From the NCBI GenBank assembly GCA_963807605.1, contig CAWECG010000003.1, positions 832,001 through 896,000 of the forward strand: a stretch of DNA of 64,000 nt, written 5' to 3'. Shown here one piece after another: positions 19,583 to 29,745 of this stretch (within the stretch, counting starts at the first letter, position 1; every line of letters begins with the position of its first letter). Position numbers and translations under genes: made by a program. Below the pieces are notes generated by a model that saw only the letters and a program-made list of their open reading frames with translations, ran no database searches and was not told the origin of the DNA. Origin of the DNA: Candidatus Bathyarchaeota archaeon (GTDB taxonomy: Archaea > Thermoproteota > Bathyarchaeia > 40CM-2-53-6 > RBG-13-38-9).

Positions 19583-20248
19583 TTACATCTTAGCTGCTGC
19601 CATTATCGACCTTATAGGGCCGACATATCCTGTACATCTGCAAAGATTTCCTGAAATCCCCATTCTGACATCATCCTCGGTAGGGTTGGGATTCTTGTCA
19701 AGCAAGGCTTTTGCTGACATTATCATTCCCGGTGTGCAGAAGCCGCATGAGTACCCATAATTATCTATGAACGCCTGCTGTATCTTGTGGAGTTTGCCAC
19801 CCTGTGAAAGACCTTCAATTGTTAGAATATCATTTCCATCATTCTCTACTGCCAGAGTCATGCATGCGAGAGCGCTTCTACCATTAATTATGACTGTGCA
19901 CGCTCCACACTCGCCGTAGTCGCAGCTATTCTTTGTACCTGTTAGTCGAAGCTTATCCTTTAACACGTAGAGTAGTGTCCAGTTTGACTGCACATATATC
20001 GATGTGAGAACACCGTTGACTGTGAACGATACAGTCTTTCCTAAAGCCGCTTCTTCTGCGGTGGGTGTTACTGGTGGTGCTGTGGGAACTGTAAGTTGGC
20101 TTACTCCGTACCCTATCGCTCCGCCGACGACTAGTCCTGCAACTGTGCCTCCAATGAAAGTCCTTCTTGATACTCCTCCGCTAGGCTTAGTTTCCTTTGC
20201 TTCCTCTGCTTCCTTTGTTTCTTTCGCTTCTTTCTTTTCTTCACTCAA
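19583..20248 (-). CDS. Xanthine dehydrogenase family 2x[2Fe-2S] small subunit with twin-arginine N-terminal anchor (PaoA-like)
   Basis: SRRTFI plus hydrophobic segment; GTKNSCDYGECGACTV, CGFCTPG, GNLCRCTGY. Confidence 0.92.
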   Translation of the reverse strand: MSEEKKEAKETKEAEEAKETKPSGGVSRRTFIGGTVAGLVVGGAIGYGVSQLTVPTAPPVTPTAEEAALGKTVSFTVNGVLTSIYVQSNWTLLYVLKDKLRLTGTKNSCDYGECGACTVIINGRSALACMTLAVENDGNDILTIEGLSQGGKLHKIQQAFIDNYGYSCGFCTPGMIMSAKALLDKNPNPTEDDVRMGISGNLCRCTGYVGPIRSIMAAAKM

Positions 20249-20535
20249 TTTTTCTTTTCTCCTAATTATTGCCTGTTAAGGCAAGATCTTGCGTTTTACG
20301 CTGAGTGTATATAACGGTTGTCGTAATATCACGAACTTTTATGATGCAAGAAAATCTTTGCGCTAGGAGTGAAAGCAAAGATAGCTACGTCGAACTCTAA
20401 AGTAAGCTGATTAGCTTACTTCGAATAGATCTATCAATGCACTAAACTTTGTAGTACTACTCTCACCAAAATCACGCTAACCTTAGAAAGCCTTTTTTAG
20501 GCAATCGCAAACTATTCCCAGAGAGGTCTGCTTCC

Positions 20536-21183
20536 TTGCAAGACGCAAAGCTCATCGCAGATCTTAGGGACGCTTTCGTCAATATCGATTCGAATCGAGT
20601 GAGTGAGCTGCTCAAGAAAGCGGTCGAAGAAAACATTTCACCCAAAGAAATAATCGAGAAGGCCATTCGTCAAGGTGCCGACGAAGTTGGCAGAAAGTAT
20701 GAAGCTTGCGAATACTTTCTCCCAGAACTGGTGATGTCTGGTGAAATGATGAAAGAAGCTATCGAATTACTAAAGCCTCGAATGAGGGCTGAAGGAATCT
20801 CGACAAGCGGAAACATAGTCTTCGGCACCGTCAAGGGAGACCTCCACGATGTTGGGAAGAACATAGTTATATCAATGTTAAGCGTTGCAGGTTTTGACAT
20901 AACCGACCTTGGTGTTGATGTCCCTGCTGAACGTTTTCTCTCTGAAGTAACAGAAAAGAAGCCAGACATTATCTGTCTGTCCTCGCTCCTCACACATACG
21001 ATGACAGAACTTGGCATCGTGATTGAACAGCTGAAAAAAAAGGGACTGCGAGATAAAGTGAAAGTAATGGTGGGCGGCCGTCCAGTTACCAAGGAGTACG
21101 CCGACAATATCGGGGCAGACTCCTATGGGAGAGACGCTTACGAGGCTGTGGAAGAAGCTCGAAAGCTAATGAAAACCAGATAA
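20536..21183 (+). CDS. Corrinoid (cobalamin-binding) methyltransferase cognate protein, MtbC/MttC-like
   Basis: EYFLPEL cap domain, GTVKGDLHDVGKNIV (DxHxxG), DLGVDVP, VMVGG, IGAD.Y. Confidence 0.92.
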   Translation: MQDAKLIADLRDAFVNIDSNRVSELLKKAVEENISPKEIIEKAIRQGADEVGRKYEACEYFLPELVMSGEMMKEAIELLKPRMRAEGISTSGNIVFGTVKGDLHDVGKNIVISMLSVAGFDITDLGVDVPAERFLSEVTEKKPDIICLSSLLTHTMTELGIVIEQLKKKGLRDKVKVMVGGRPVTKEYADNIGADSYGRDAYEAVEEARKLMKTR

Positions 21184-21208
21184 GAACGACCCCCTAAGGC
21201 GCTTCAAA

Positions 21209-22246
21209 ATGACCCCGCGCGAAAGGTTCATGGCTGCCACAAGACTCAAGGAACCTGACCAAGTTCCCGTAGGCTTCATGCGTAGTTCATATGATGCTAC
21301 AAGGATTGGTCTGAATGTCAAAGATTACATCCTTAATTATAAGAAGAAGTTGAGTGCTCAAATCAAACTTCATGAAAGATTTTTGGGATGTGCCTTCGTA
21401 CCTAGCATAAATCCTGACTTCGGGATAGTGTCGGAGGCTTCAGCATTTGGGGCGGAGGTAATCTATTACGAAAAGGAGCCACCAATGTGCACCCCTGCAA
21501 TAAGAAGCACCGAGGAGATTGACTCTATCAAGATTCCCGACCCTTACAAAGATGGCTTACTTCCTAAGGTACTTGAAGCTTACAAATACCTCATAGAGAA
21601 TACCCCCTCAAAATATGAAGTCGATCCACCGGCAATACGGGGGCCGCTTGACCTCGCTACCGAGATAAGAGGTGTTGGTCCCCTCCTCTCGGATATGTAC
21701 CGAAATCCAGAATATGTGCACAAATTGGTGGCTATTGCAACACAAACACAAATAGACTTTCTTAAAGCCTTAGATGAGGTCTCAGGTGGAAACAAATTCG
21801 TTTTTATCTGTGATGATATTCCTGGTCTGATATCTCCAAAATTCTTCGATGAATTCGGGTTCCCATATATGAAAAAGATCTTCCAGACGTTCAACACAAA
21901 GCTGAAGATCTACCATAATTGTAAGAGTTCAATGCACATACTGGAGAAACTGGCTGATACCGGCTTCCAAGTCTTCAACTTCAGCTTCGAAAATAATCTG
22001 CAGCAGACTAAGGGAAGAATCGGCAAGAAAGTATGCCTATGGGGAAATGTTGAGCCAATAGGCATATTCTTGAAAGGCTCAAAACAGGAAATAGAACGAG
22101 TCTGCAAAGAACAAATTAGGTCAGCCGGACCGGATGGTGGCTTCATTCTATCCGTGGGGGGTGGCTGTTACGGACCTGACGAAAGTATGGATGTAATGAT
22201 AGATGCGGCAAATAAATATGGCCGCTATCCTATAACCGTAGACTAA
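21209..22246 (+). CDS. MtaA/CmuA (UroD-family) methylcobamide methyltransferase (paralog 2)
   Basis: Directly follows the corrinoid gene; YHNC and GGGC give an H-x-C...C zinc-ligand pattern; LWGNVEP. Confidence 0.85.
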   Translation: MTPRERFMAATRLKEPDQVPVGFMRSSYDATRIGLNVKDYILNYKKKLSAQIKLHERFLGCAFVPSINPDFGIVSEASAFGAEVIYYEKEPPMCTPAIRSTEEIDSIKIPDPYKDGLLPKVLEAYKYLIENTPSKYEVDPPAIRGPLDLATEIRGVGPLLSDMYRNPEYVHKLVAIATQTQIDFLKALDEVSGGNKFVFICDDIPGLISPKFFDEFGFPYMKKIFQTFNTKLKIYHNCKSSMHILEKLADTGFQVFNFSFENNLQQTKGRIGKKVCLWGNVEPIGIFLKGSKQEIERVCKEQIRSAGPDGGFILSVGGGCYGPDESMDVMIDAANKYGRYPITVD

Positions 22247-22275
22247 TAGCACTTACGAAACGGAGGAATCCAATT

Positions 22276-22635
22276 CTGGAAGATTCTCAAAAGACCGAGA
22301 AAGGCGCAACCAAACTCGTTGTTCGAGTTCCTTCATATGTCCACCATGGTGTAAAGGAAACAATAACAATCATGGCTGTGAACTCTGACGGCCAAGTTGA
22401 CAAGACTAGAAATGATGAGATAGAACTAATGTTAACTCCACTCTACAGGCTTGATGACTCTAAAGTCAGACTCCAAAGTAACCTTGTTAAACTCGTAAAC
22501 GGTGAAGCAACGGTAGAGATAACTTCTCAAGAATCTGATTTTGTGAAGATAGCAGCGTCCTGTAAGGATAAGAACGCCGGTTTGGAACCATACTCAGTCC
22601 TTCTAGCAACCGGCGGCTTTCCCTTCCACCAATGA
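22276..22635 (+). CDS. Small Ig-like protein (family copy 3, no TM segment); start CTG 22276 or ATG 22372
   Basis: GATKLVV upstream of ATG 22372 is in frame and homologous to copy 1; AVNSDGQVDKTRNDEIEL..LVNG; GGAGG at 22262. Confidence 0.55.
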   Translation: MEDSQKTEKGATKLVVRVPSYVHHGVKETITIMAVNSDGQVDKTRNDEIELMLTPLYRLDDSKVRLQSNLVKLVNGEATVEITSQESDFVKIAASCKDKNAGLEPYSVLLATGGFPFHQ

Positions 22636-22695
22636 TATATCTCAACAGTGTGTATGCGAGAGCATCTGTAGTCAAAACGACTTGTCGGGTGACAT

Positions 22696-24927
22696 CTAGC
22701 CTTCAGTCGTTAGACAATCCTTCCGGTTATCCTTCAACTCAGGAAGTGTGGGCAGTGTAGACACTGCGACTATTGTGTCTTCTCGTCTACGTCTGATCTG
22801 CAAGACCTGATTCTCTCTGCTTAAGTCCCGATAGATAGTTACACCCTTGCACCCAAGCTGATAGGCTAACATATATACAGTCTCAACATCCTCTGGCGTA
22901 GCGTCGTGCGGAAAATTCACAGTCTTGGATACGGCGTTGTCGGTATGGTTCTGGAAGGCAGCTTGGATTCTAATGTGCCATTCTGGAGAGACATCGTGGG
23001 CGGTGACGAAGACTCTCTTGACATCTTCGGGGATTTCTAGAAAGTCTTGTATCGACCCTACGTCACCGATTGTTCTCATCAACTCCTCGCTGTAGAATCC
23101 TCTTTCATAAGCAATTTTTTCGAATAAGGGGTTAACCTCAACTAACTCTGTGTTGTCCATGACATTGCGAACGTAGCAGATAGCAAATATCGGTTCGATT
23201 CCACTTGAGCAGCCTGCTATAATGCTGAGTGTTCCGGTCGGCGCAATTGTGGTTGTTGTTGCATTTCGTCTCGGCAACTGACCAGCAACATCATATACGC
23301 TACCCTTAAAGTTCGGGAAGGGCTCTCTCTCTTTTGCTAGTTCCTGAGAGGCTTTGTCGGCTTCTTCAGATATGAATGACATTATCTCTTCTGCTACTTT
23401 GATGGCCTTGTCGGAGTTGTAGGGAATCCGCAGTTGGATCAGTATATCTGCAAAGCCCATGACGCCCAGACCAATCTTCCTGTTGCCTCTGGTCATTTCC
23501 TCTATTTCTTTGAGTGGATACTTGTTTACATCTATTACATTGTCTAGGAAGTGAACGGCTGTTTCGACAGTCTTTGATAGTCTCTTGTAATCTATCGTAC
23601 TATTAGTTACCATTTTTGACAAGTTTATTGAGCCCAGATTACATGATTCGTAGGGTAGTAGGGGTTGTTCCCCGCAAGGATTGGTACTCTCTATTTTTCC
23701 CAGCTCTGGAGTTGGATTATCACGATTCAGTCTGTCTAGGAAGACTATTCCGGGCTCACCATTCTTCCAAGCTTGATTGACTATTAGTGTGAAAACATTA
23801 CGAGCGGAGAGTTTCTCCACAGCCTCCTTAGTTCGAGGATTAACAAGGTCATATTCAGTTCCACGGATGACCGCTCTCATGAAATCTTCAGTCAACCCTA
23901 CTGAGATGTTGAAGTTGTTCAGGCACTGATTCTCGTCCTTAGCTGATATGAATTCCAGAATGTCGGGATGGTCTACCCGAAGAATGGCCATGTTTGCGCC
24001 CCGACGCTTTCCCCCTTGCTTGATCACTTCTGTGGCAGCGTCGAAGACTCGCATAAACGAAACTGGACCAGAAGCAACCCCTCCTGTAGTCCTAACAAAA
24101 TCGTTCTTGGGTCGCAACCTTGAGAATGAGAATCCTGTTCCTCCACCAGACTTGTGAATAAGGGCCGTCTGCTTCACGGCGTCAAAAATATTCTCCATAG
24201 AATCATCAACAGGCAATACAAAGCAGGCAGACAGCTGGCCAAGTGACGTTCCAGCATTCATGAGCGTCGGAGAGTTGGGTAGAAACTCGAGATTTGTCAT
24301 TAATTTGTAGAATTCTTCGCGCGTTTTTTTCAGATCTGCCTTTGGGTTGTAAGGAGTATCTGCTTCCGCCACCGCCTCCGCTACCCGTCGGAAAAGAGCT
24401 GTAGGTGTCTCTGCAAGGCGGCCCTTCTCATCTCTCTTCAAGTATCGCCTTTCTAAGACGCTGATCGCATTCGGAGAGAGTTTACTGTCAAATTCGGAAT
24501 CAAGAAGCATTGTTCTTGCTTCGCGGATATCTCTTCGCTTCTGTCTATGTAGGATGTAAGATTTCGCCGTCTTCGCATGCCCGCTCTCGATAAGAACCTT
24601 CTCAACAATATCTTGAACTTCTTCAACGGTAGGAATATGTTGGCTGTCGAACTTCTCTCCGAGATCTTTTACGACCGTGTCGGAGAGTTGTTGTGCAAGC
24701 TCTCTGTCCCGACCTCCGACAGATTCTGCTGCCTTGTATATTGCGACCGTTATCTTCTCTTGGTCAAAGTCAACTATTCTTCCGTCACGCTTACGAATCT
24801 TCGAGGGAGTCACAACAAGCGATGAGTTGGTTTCACCTCCTCGAAGACGAGGATCCTTATTCGATGTTGGATTCGCCGCATCAGATGCCAAAAGTTCAGC
24901 CCCTAGAAGCAAGAGCCCATTTGTCAC
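22696..24927 (-). CDS. nrdJ: Class II (B12-dependent) ribonucleotide reductase with N-terminal ATP cone
   Basis: IRKRDGR ATP cone; [51 protein letters not shown]. Confidence 0.95.
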   Translation of the reverse strand: MTNGLLLLGAELLASDAANPTSNKDPRLRGGETNSSLVVTPSKIRKRDGRIVDFDQEKITVAIYKAAESVGGRDRELAQQLSDTVVKDLGEKFDSQHIPTVEEVQDIVEKVLIESGHAKTAKSYILHRQKRRDIREARTMLLDSEFDSKLSPNAISVLERRYLKRDEKGRLAETPTALFRRVAEAVAEADTPYNPKADLKKTREEFYKLMTNLEFLPNSPTLMNAGTSLGQLSACFVLPVDDSMENIFDAVKQTALIHKSGGGTGFSFSRLRPKNDFVRTTGGVASGPVSFMRVFDAATEVIKQGGKRRGANMAILRVDHPDILEFISAKDENQCLNNFNISVGLTEDFMRAVIRGTEYDLVNPRTKEAVEKLSARNVFTLIVNQAWKNGEPGIVFLDRLNRDNPTPELGKIESTNPCGEQPLLPYESCNLGSINLSKMVTNSTIDYKRLSKTVETAVHFLDNVIDVNKYPLKEIEEMTRGNRKIGLGVMGFADILIQLRIPYNSDKAIKVAEEIMSFISEEADKASQELAKEREPFPNFKGSVYDVAGQLPRRNATTTTIAPTGTLSIIAGCSSGIEPIFAICYVRNVMDNTELVEVNPLFEKIAYERGFYSEELMRTIGDVGSIQDFLEIPEDVKRVFVTAHDVSPEWHIRIQAAFQNHTDNAVSKTVNFPHDATPEDVETVYMLAYQLGCKGVTIYRDLSRENQVLQIRRRREDTIVAVSTLPTLPELKDNRKDCLTTEG

Positions 24928-25105
24928 GACCTCTGCCAGATTAAGAGTTTAGACAGCTACATATAAAATCCTGCAGTGATTCCTACCCTAGATGTTTATG
25001 TTGAGTGAATCTTTGGTCAACATGCCTTCTGTTAGCGTGTTCTCTGGTCGGAAACCTTTACTTAAGTTAGCCGAACACTCTCTGTGATGGGAGAGTAGAA
25101 GCTCG

Positions 25106-25492
25106 ATGATAATCGAGGTTGTCTGTCCTCTTGACTTGTTCAGGAGATTCATGATCCTAAGCACGTGCAGCTCCTTCATGCCAAACGACTTTCTTGAGGA
25201 TGAGAGTGTCTTTCCTGAGAGACCAGTGGAGAATGGGACAATGTATGTCGAGGCAGAGGATAAGGAGACCTTGCAGAAAATAAGGGACATTCAGTTTACA
25301 AGAGTCTCAAACGTGTTGGGCGTCATCTACAATTCTAAGAGCGGCTTGACTAAGCTGAAGTGGCGACATACCAAAGAAACATTGGGCAAACTCAACGGCG
25401 AGGCTAGCGGTAATTCAGTAGTGAATCTGTTTGAGGCAGAAATACTAGACGAAGTCTACATCAGAAAGATGCAGAAAAAGGAGAGGCGTTGA
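25106..25492 (+). CDS. Hypothetical protein
   Basis: 128-aa ORF with typical composition, divergent from nrdJ. Confidence 0.6.
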   Translation: MIIEVVCPLDLFRRFMILSTCSSFMPNDFLEDESVFPERPVENGTMYVEAEDKETLQKIRDIQFTRVSNVLGVIYNSKSGLTKLKWRHTKETLGKLNGEASGNSVVNLFEAEILDEVYIRKMQKKERR

Positions 25493-25503
25493 GGTGCCAT
25501 CTA

Positions 25504-26145
25504 TTAGAAACCTAGTTCTTCACCTACCAAGATCACAGTCGTATCGGTCTTTGTAGGACGTTTCTCCAGTATAGTGATTGCATGGCAATGCCTGCTTGGA
25601 GGTTCACAGGCTTCCAAGTCGCAGACGTCCACAACACATGGAGTAGTTCCACCCGCTCGCTTCACATTCATAGGAGTTGCCACATTTCTGATCCTCTCAA
25701 TACCTTGGTGAACGTCCTTCACTATTTTGTTGAAGCCAGCAATAATTATGACCTTTGGAGGTCCGAAGATCATTGCGGCAACCCTGTTGCCTGTTCCATC
25801 AGCGTTGACAAGCTTACCGTCTTCGGTGACAGCATTGCTACTGCTCACAAAGATGTCACAAGTCAGGTGCGCTTTTCTTATGGTGAGATCCTCCTCCGGA
25901 GTAATCTTCTTCCATGTCTCAAGAACGTTTACACCTCTCTTGCGGAGTTCCTCAACGAGACCGATCTCACGTGCTGTGACTGATCCTCCAATGCCAACAT
26001 TGACTTTTGGAGGAATCAGTTTCAGAGTTTCATTTAGTGCATCGTTTTTTGTTGGGGCATAGACAGTCTTGAAGCCGTTGCTCTCCAATGCTTTTGAGGT
26101 TCTATTAATTTGACGTTCAATAAACCACTTTTTTTCTTCTCTCAT
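25504..26145 (-). CDS. LUD domain / lactate utilization protein C-like
   Basis: GIGGSVT, SSSNAVTEDGKLVNADGTGNRVAAMIFGP, GFNKIV, TPC. Confidence 0.85.
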   Translation of the reverse strand: MREEKKWFIERQINRTSKALESNGFKTVYAPTKNDALNETLKLIPPKVNVGIGGSVTAREIGLVEELRKRGVNVLETWKKITPEEDLTIRKAHLTCDIFVSSSNAVTEDGKLVNADGTGNRVAAMIFGPPKVIIIAGFNKIVKDVHQGIERIRNVATPMNVKRAGGTTPCVVDVCDLEACEPPSRHCHAITILEKRPTKTDTTVILVGEELGF

Positions 26146-26320
26146 GACAGTCACAGAGCTAGTGATTTCTGTGGTAATGTATTTAGACCTTTCAGCTCTA
26201 GTAGCGTCATTGACATCACTCAAGATAATTTTTTTCCTTTGCAGATGGAAGATTTATCTAGGGTCGGCATCTAGTCAGGATAATATCAAAACAAGGAAGG
26301 CATCTAGAGAGTGTTGAGAT

Positions 26321-26971
26321 CTGCTAGTTGAGGTTGCTGCTGGAATAACGCTTGGCCTTGGCTTGGGCGTCTCATGTGTAGCTCAATGTGCGCCTATATT
26401 AGCCCCTCATATTGCAGCAGAACATCCTGAAGCTAAGAAGGGGCTTGTAGCTTCAATGTATTTCAGTGTGGGCAGACTTTTATCGTATCTTGCCCTTGGC
26501 TTATTCGTTGGTTACTTTGGAAGAATTCTCTTCAATCCATATGTTGCTGCGGCAGTGGTGATCCCTTTGGGGATTCTCTTAATGGTGTACGGCTTCTTGA
26601 TCTCTTTCGGCACTAGAATGAAGTACGCGTCAAGCATTTGCTGCCATTTTGGAAGAGTCAAATCAACTTTTGTCTTGGGAATCGTACTGGGTCTTAGACC
26701 ATGTATCCCGCTCATAGCGGCCTTGACTTACAGCGCCACTATGTTGAGCTTGCCCCAAGCCTTGCTCTTTATGGCTTCCTTCTGGGTGGGATCCACTGCC
26801 TACGTTCTCATTCTAGGCATTCTTGCCGGCACTGTAACCCATTTTGCAGTTGTTCATTCGAATATGGGAAGGATCAGGAGAATAAGTGGGATAGCCCTGG
26901 TGGTTGTTGGTTTTATCTTTGCTAATCAAGGTGTTGCGTACATGTTATCGCCCGAGGCGACTCGTCTGTGA
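26321..26971 (+). CDS. Sulfite exporter TauE / DsbD_2-like membrane protein; start CTG 26321 or TTG 26363
   Basis: SCVAQCAP, GRLLSYL.LG, G..LGLRPC; six to seven TM segments. Confidence 0.75.
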   Translation: MLVEVAAGITLGLGLGVSCVAQCAPILAPHIAAEHPEAKKGLVASMYFSVGRLLSYLALGLFVGYFGRILFNPYVAAAVVIPLGILLMVYGFLISFGTRMKYASSICCHFGRVKSTFVLGIVLGLRPCIPLIAALTYSATMLSLPQALLFMASFWVGSTAYVLILGILAGTVTHFAVVHSNMGRIRRISGIALVVVGFIFANQGVAYMLSPEATRL

Positions 26972-27276
26972 TTGACCCATTATTAGAGTTACTGAAGGAA
27001 TGACCTGAATCTTTAAAGTGCAGCAAAGAGCACGGTGCAAAGATCGTAGGCTGCTTCTGTGCCTACATACCAGAAGAATTAATCACCGCCGCTGATATGA
27101 TTCCACTCAGATTAGTGAGTGAATGCACTTCCGAAGCAATGCAAGCTGGAGAATAGTATCTTAAGTCATACAGTTGGCCATACGTACGCATCTGCATTGG
27201 AAACAAGGTTAAGAACAATCCATACTTTGAGCTCCTAGACGCCATCTGTATAGCGGGCACCTGCGACGGCATGAAA
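26968..27276 (+). pseudogene. N-terminal remnant of a 2-hydroxyacyl-CoA dehydratase (HgdAB/FldBC family) subunit
   Basis: GAKIVGCFCAYIPEELITAADMIPLR...TCDGMK in one frame with stops at 27001 (TGA) and 27154 (TAG); truncated. Confidence 0.75.
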
Positions 27277-27433
27277 ATTGTCGTTGTAGCTACTACGCTG
27301 ATTGGGACGAAATCGACTTCATTCTTGAACCTGCTCTTCATGAGGGCTTGTTTGTGGCGTGTCAGGGATTGTGACTGAAGTTATTATCTTATGTCAAGTT
27401 GCCTAAGGTTAGCAATACTTGTTGCAATTCACT

Positions 27434-27820
27434 TTACAAGAGATTATATGCTAATGCATGCTTGATGACTGAGGTCTGAGTGACAAGTCCGATCAACTTG
27501 TCTTCATCATTAACTACAGGTATCCTCTGTATTCCAGTCTTGACCATTATATCAACAATTTCCTTGAGAGTCGTCCTTTCATTCCCTTTCAGGAGTTTTG
27601 TAGTCATCAGATCCTCAACTGATAGATTTGAGACATCAGAGCCAGATAGATCTATATCCCTTTGAGTTATCATCCCCAGCAGAACGCCTTTTTCATCAAT
27701 AACGGGTAACCCTCCAACGCCATGCCTCATCATGTTTATTCTTGCCAAAGCGACTTTGCTGCCGGCCTTAATGGTGTAAACATCCTTGATCATTATGTCC
27801 TTTGCCAAGTAATCTTTCAT
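27434..27820 (-). CDS. CBS domain pair protein
   Basis: AKDIM..V, GLPVID..G.L.GMIT..D and RIPVV..KLIGLVT repeats. Confidence 0.92.
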   Translation of the reverse strand: MKDYLAKDIMIKDVYTIKAGSKVALARINMMRHGVGGLPVIDEKGVLLGMITQRDIDLSGSDVSNLSVEDLMTTKLLKGNERTTLKEIVDIMVKTGIQRIPVVNDEDKLIGLVTQTSVIKHALAYNLL

Positions 27821-27903
27821 CTAGCCAGACCACAATTAGGTAGTGAGACCTGTCTAAAAAATCTGATTAATACTGCATCTATCAACATGAATTTGCACAT
27901 GAT

Positions 27904-29232
27904 CTAAAGACCGCTTCTGAACTCTTTCAACGCGCCCTCTAGAATGTTCAGACCGATATCAACAAGGTCTCGCGTTATAATCAGAGGAGGTGTAAGTATG
28001 ATGGTGGATCCTGAGATTCTTAGCGCAACTCCTCGCTTAAACGCATTCAGAACAATATCTCTCGCCTCATTTATGGCAGGAATCTTGCTCTTTTTATCCT
28101 TCACCAACTCCACACCCACCATCAACCCCTTCCCCCTTACATCCCCTATCAATTCATACTTCTCCATCATCTCTCTTAGTCTACGCAGAATGTAGTTACC
28201 TTGTCTAGTTGAATTTTCAAGAAGATCATCCTTGGCAATCACCTCAAAAACTGCCAGTGCCGCTGCGCAACTTAATGGATTGCCACCAAAAATGCTCGAA
28301 TGAACCTCAGGCTCCCAATCCATAATCTCAGCCCCACACAAAGTAGCTCCCAGCGGCAGACCCGAAGAAATTCCTCCTGCAATGCAGATGATATCCGGGA
28401 TTACTTGCCAATGTTCGATGCCAAACCACTTCCCTGTACGACCTACGCCCGTCTCGGTTTCATCGTCTACCAAAGCGATCTTGAATTCATCCGCAAGCTT
28501 ACGAAGCCTATAAAAATAATCCGGAGCAGGCGTTATGCATCCTTCCGCTTGAATTGACTCGAAGAATATTGCCGCAACATCTTCCGGAGCAACTACCCTC
28601 TGCAGAATATACTCGTCAATGAAATCTATGCATTTATAGTTGCATTCAGGACATGAAAGATCAAACGGGCACCTATAACAATAAGGATAAGGCACGTGAA
28701 CCACACTCGACATCACAGGTGATAGATATCGCCTCTGAGCAAGCTTACAAGCCGACAGGCTCATAGATCCAAAAGTCTCACCATGTGAAGCGTTGGTGTA
28801 TGCTAGGAGACTCGTCCTTCTGAAATGCCACCGAACAATCTTGATCGCGGCTTCAATAGCCTCCGTTCCAGAATTGCTGAAGAATACGCGCTTCTCAAAA
28901 CTTCCTGGTGTAACATCACAGAGTTTCTGGGCAAGCTTCACCGTAACCTCACAATAGAAGCTTTTCTGCGAGTAATGTGTAAATTTATCGAGTTGTTCTT
29001 TCACAGAATTAATGACAGCTGGATGAGAATTCCCAACGTTCAAACATGATAAACCAGAGCTAAAGTCGACGAATTCGTTGCCATCAACATCTCGAACTAT
29101 GCATTCATTGCCAGACTGTACAACTAGTGGATACAGTCTACGCAGAGACGGTGACAGAAGCCTCTCATCACTTCTCAAGAGTTCTCGAGCTTTAGGACCA
29201 GGAGGAGTAACCACTATCTTGGGGTGGCTCAT
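27904..29232 (-). CDS. Class III aminotransferase family protein lacking the PLP-binding lysine
   Basis: DVDGNEFVDF, FSNSGTEAIEAA, GRTGKWF, FGGNPL, GDVRGKGLM; PDIICIAGG in place of PDI...AKG. Confidence 0.85.
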   Translation of the reverse strand: MSHPKIVVTPPGPKARELLRSDERLLSPSLRRLYPLVVQSGNECIVRDVDGNEFVDFSSGLSCLNVGNSHPAVINSVKEQLDKFTHYSQKSFYCEVTVKLAQKLCDVTPGSFEKRVFFSNSGTEAIEAAIKIVRWHFRRTSLLAYTNASHGETFGSMSLSACKLAQRRYLSPVMSSVVHVPYPYCYRCPFDLSCPECNYKCIDFIDEYILQRVVAPEDVAAIFFESIQAEGCITPAPDYFYRLRKLADEFKIALVDDETETGVGRTGKWFGIEHWQVIPDIICIAGGISSGLPLGATLCGAEIMDWEPEVHSSIFGGNPLSCAAALAVFEVIAKDDLLENSTRQGNYILRRLREMMEKYELIGDVRGKGLMVGVELVKDKKSKIPAINEARDIVLNAFKRGVALRISGSTIILTPPLIITRDLVDIGLNILEGALKEFRSGL

Positions 29233-29271
29233 GTCTTCCTCTAGAAGCTAAAGAAGGATATAATGAATTGG

Positions 29272-29589
29272 TTAGATTGGAGTTGCTTTCTGCATTGCTT
29301 CCTCTTTTCTGGTCAGAGTTATTTCAATTGTTGAGACGCTGGTTCCGCGGCCGTCGTAGCGCGTGATATCCTCAGATCCAATGTCAACCGATTTAATCAT
29401 AAGCTCCTTGAAGAAAGACCTCTTCAACATCCCTACGGTGTCTATGGCTTTGGGAATAGCTCTACCCCTAGCTCTCACCATGATCTCTCTTTTTCCAGAG
29501 TTAAAGAGCGTGACGCAGGCGACGACGTAGCTGATAAGCGGCTTTTTGCCTATCCGAACCATATCACCTTGATGTATAATCATCGCCAT
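29272..29589 (-). CDS. albA: DNA/RNA-binding chromatin protein Alba
   Basis: IGKKP..YV, ARGRAI.KAID, VDIGSE, VSTIEI. Confidence 0.9.
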   Translation of the reverse strand: MAMIIHQGDMVRIGKKPLISYVVACVTLFNSGKREIMVRARGRAIPKAIDTVGMLKRSFFKELMIKSVDIGSEDITRYDGRGTSVSTIEITLTRKEEAMQKATPI

Positions 29590-29745
29590 CGATCCGATGG
29601 GGCCGTTATCACGCTTGTTAGTACAAAATTCTAACAAGATTAAGTTTCCGGCTAGCTTTACATGAACACCCAACAGTCAATAAAGAAGGAAAGTGGCTTA
29701 TTTGCGACGGATCACAATCAAAGAACTGCTGGGCGTTGCTTAACC

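Noticed and set aside
27001-27156. Selenocysteine/pyrrolysine recoding of TGA and TAG in the dehydratase-like frame
   Set aside because: The gene is also truncated after ~100 codons and the stops are not at catalytic positions; decay is the simpler explanation
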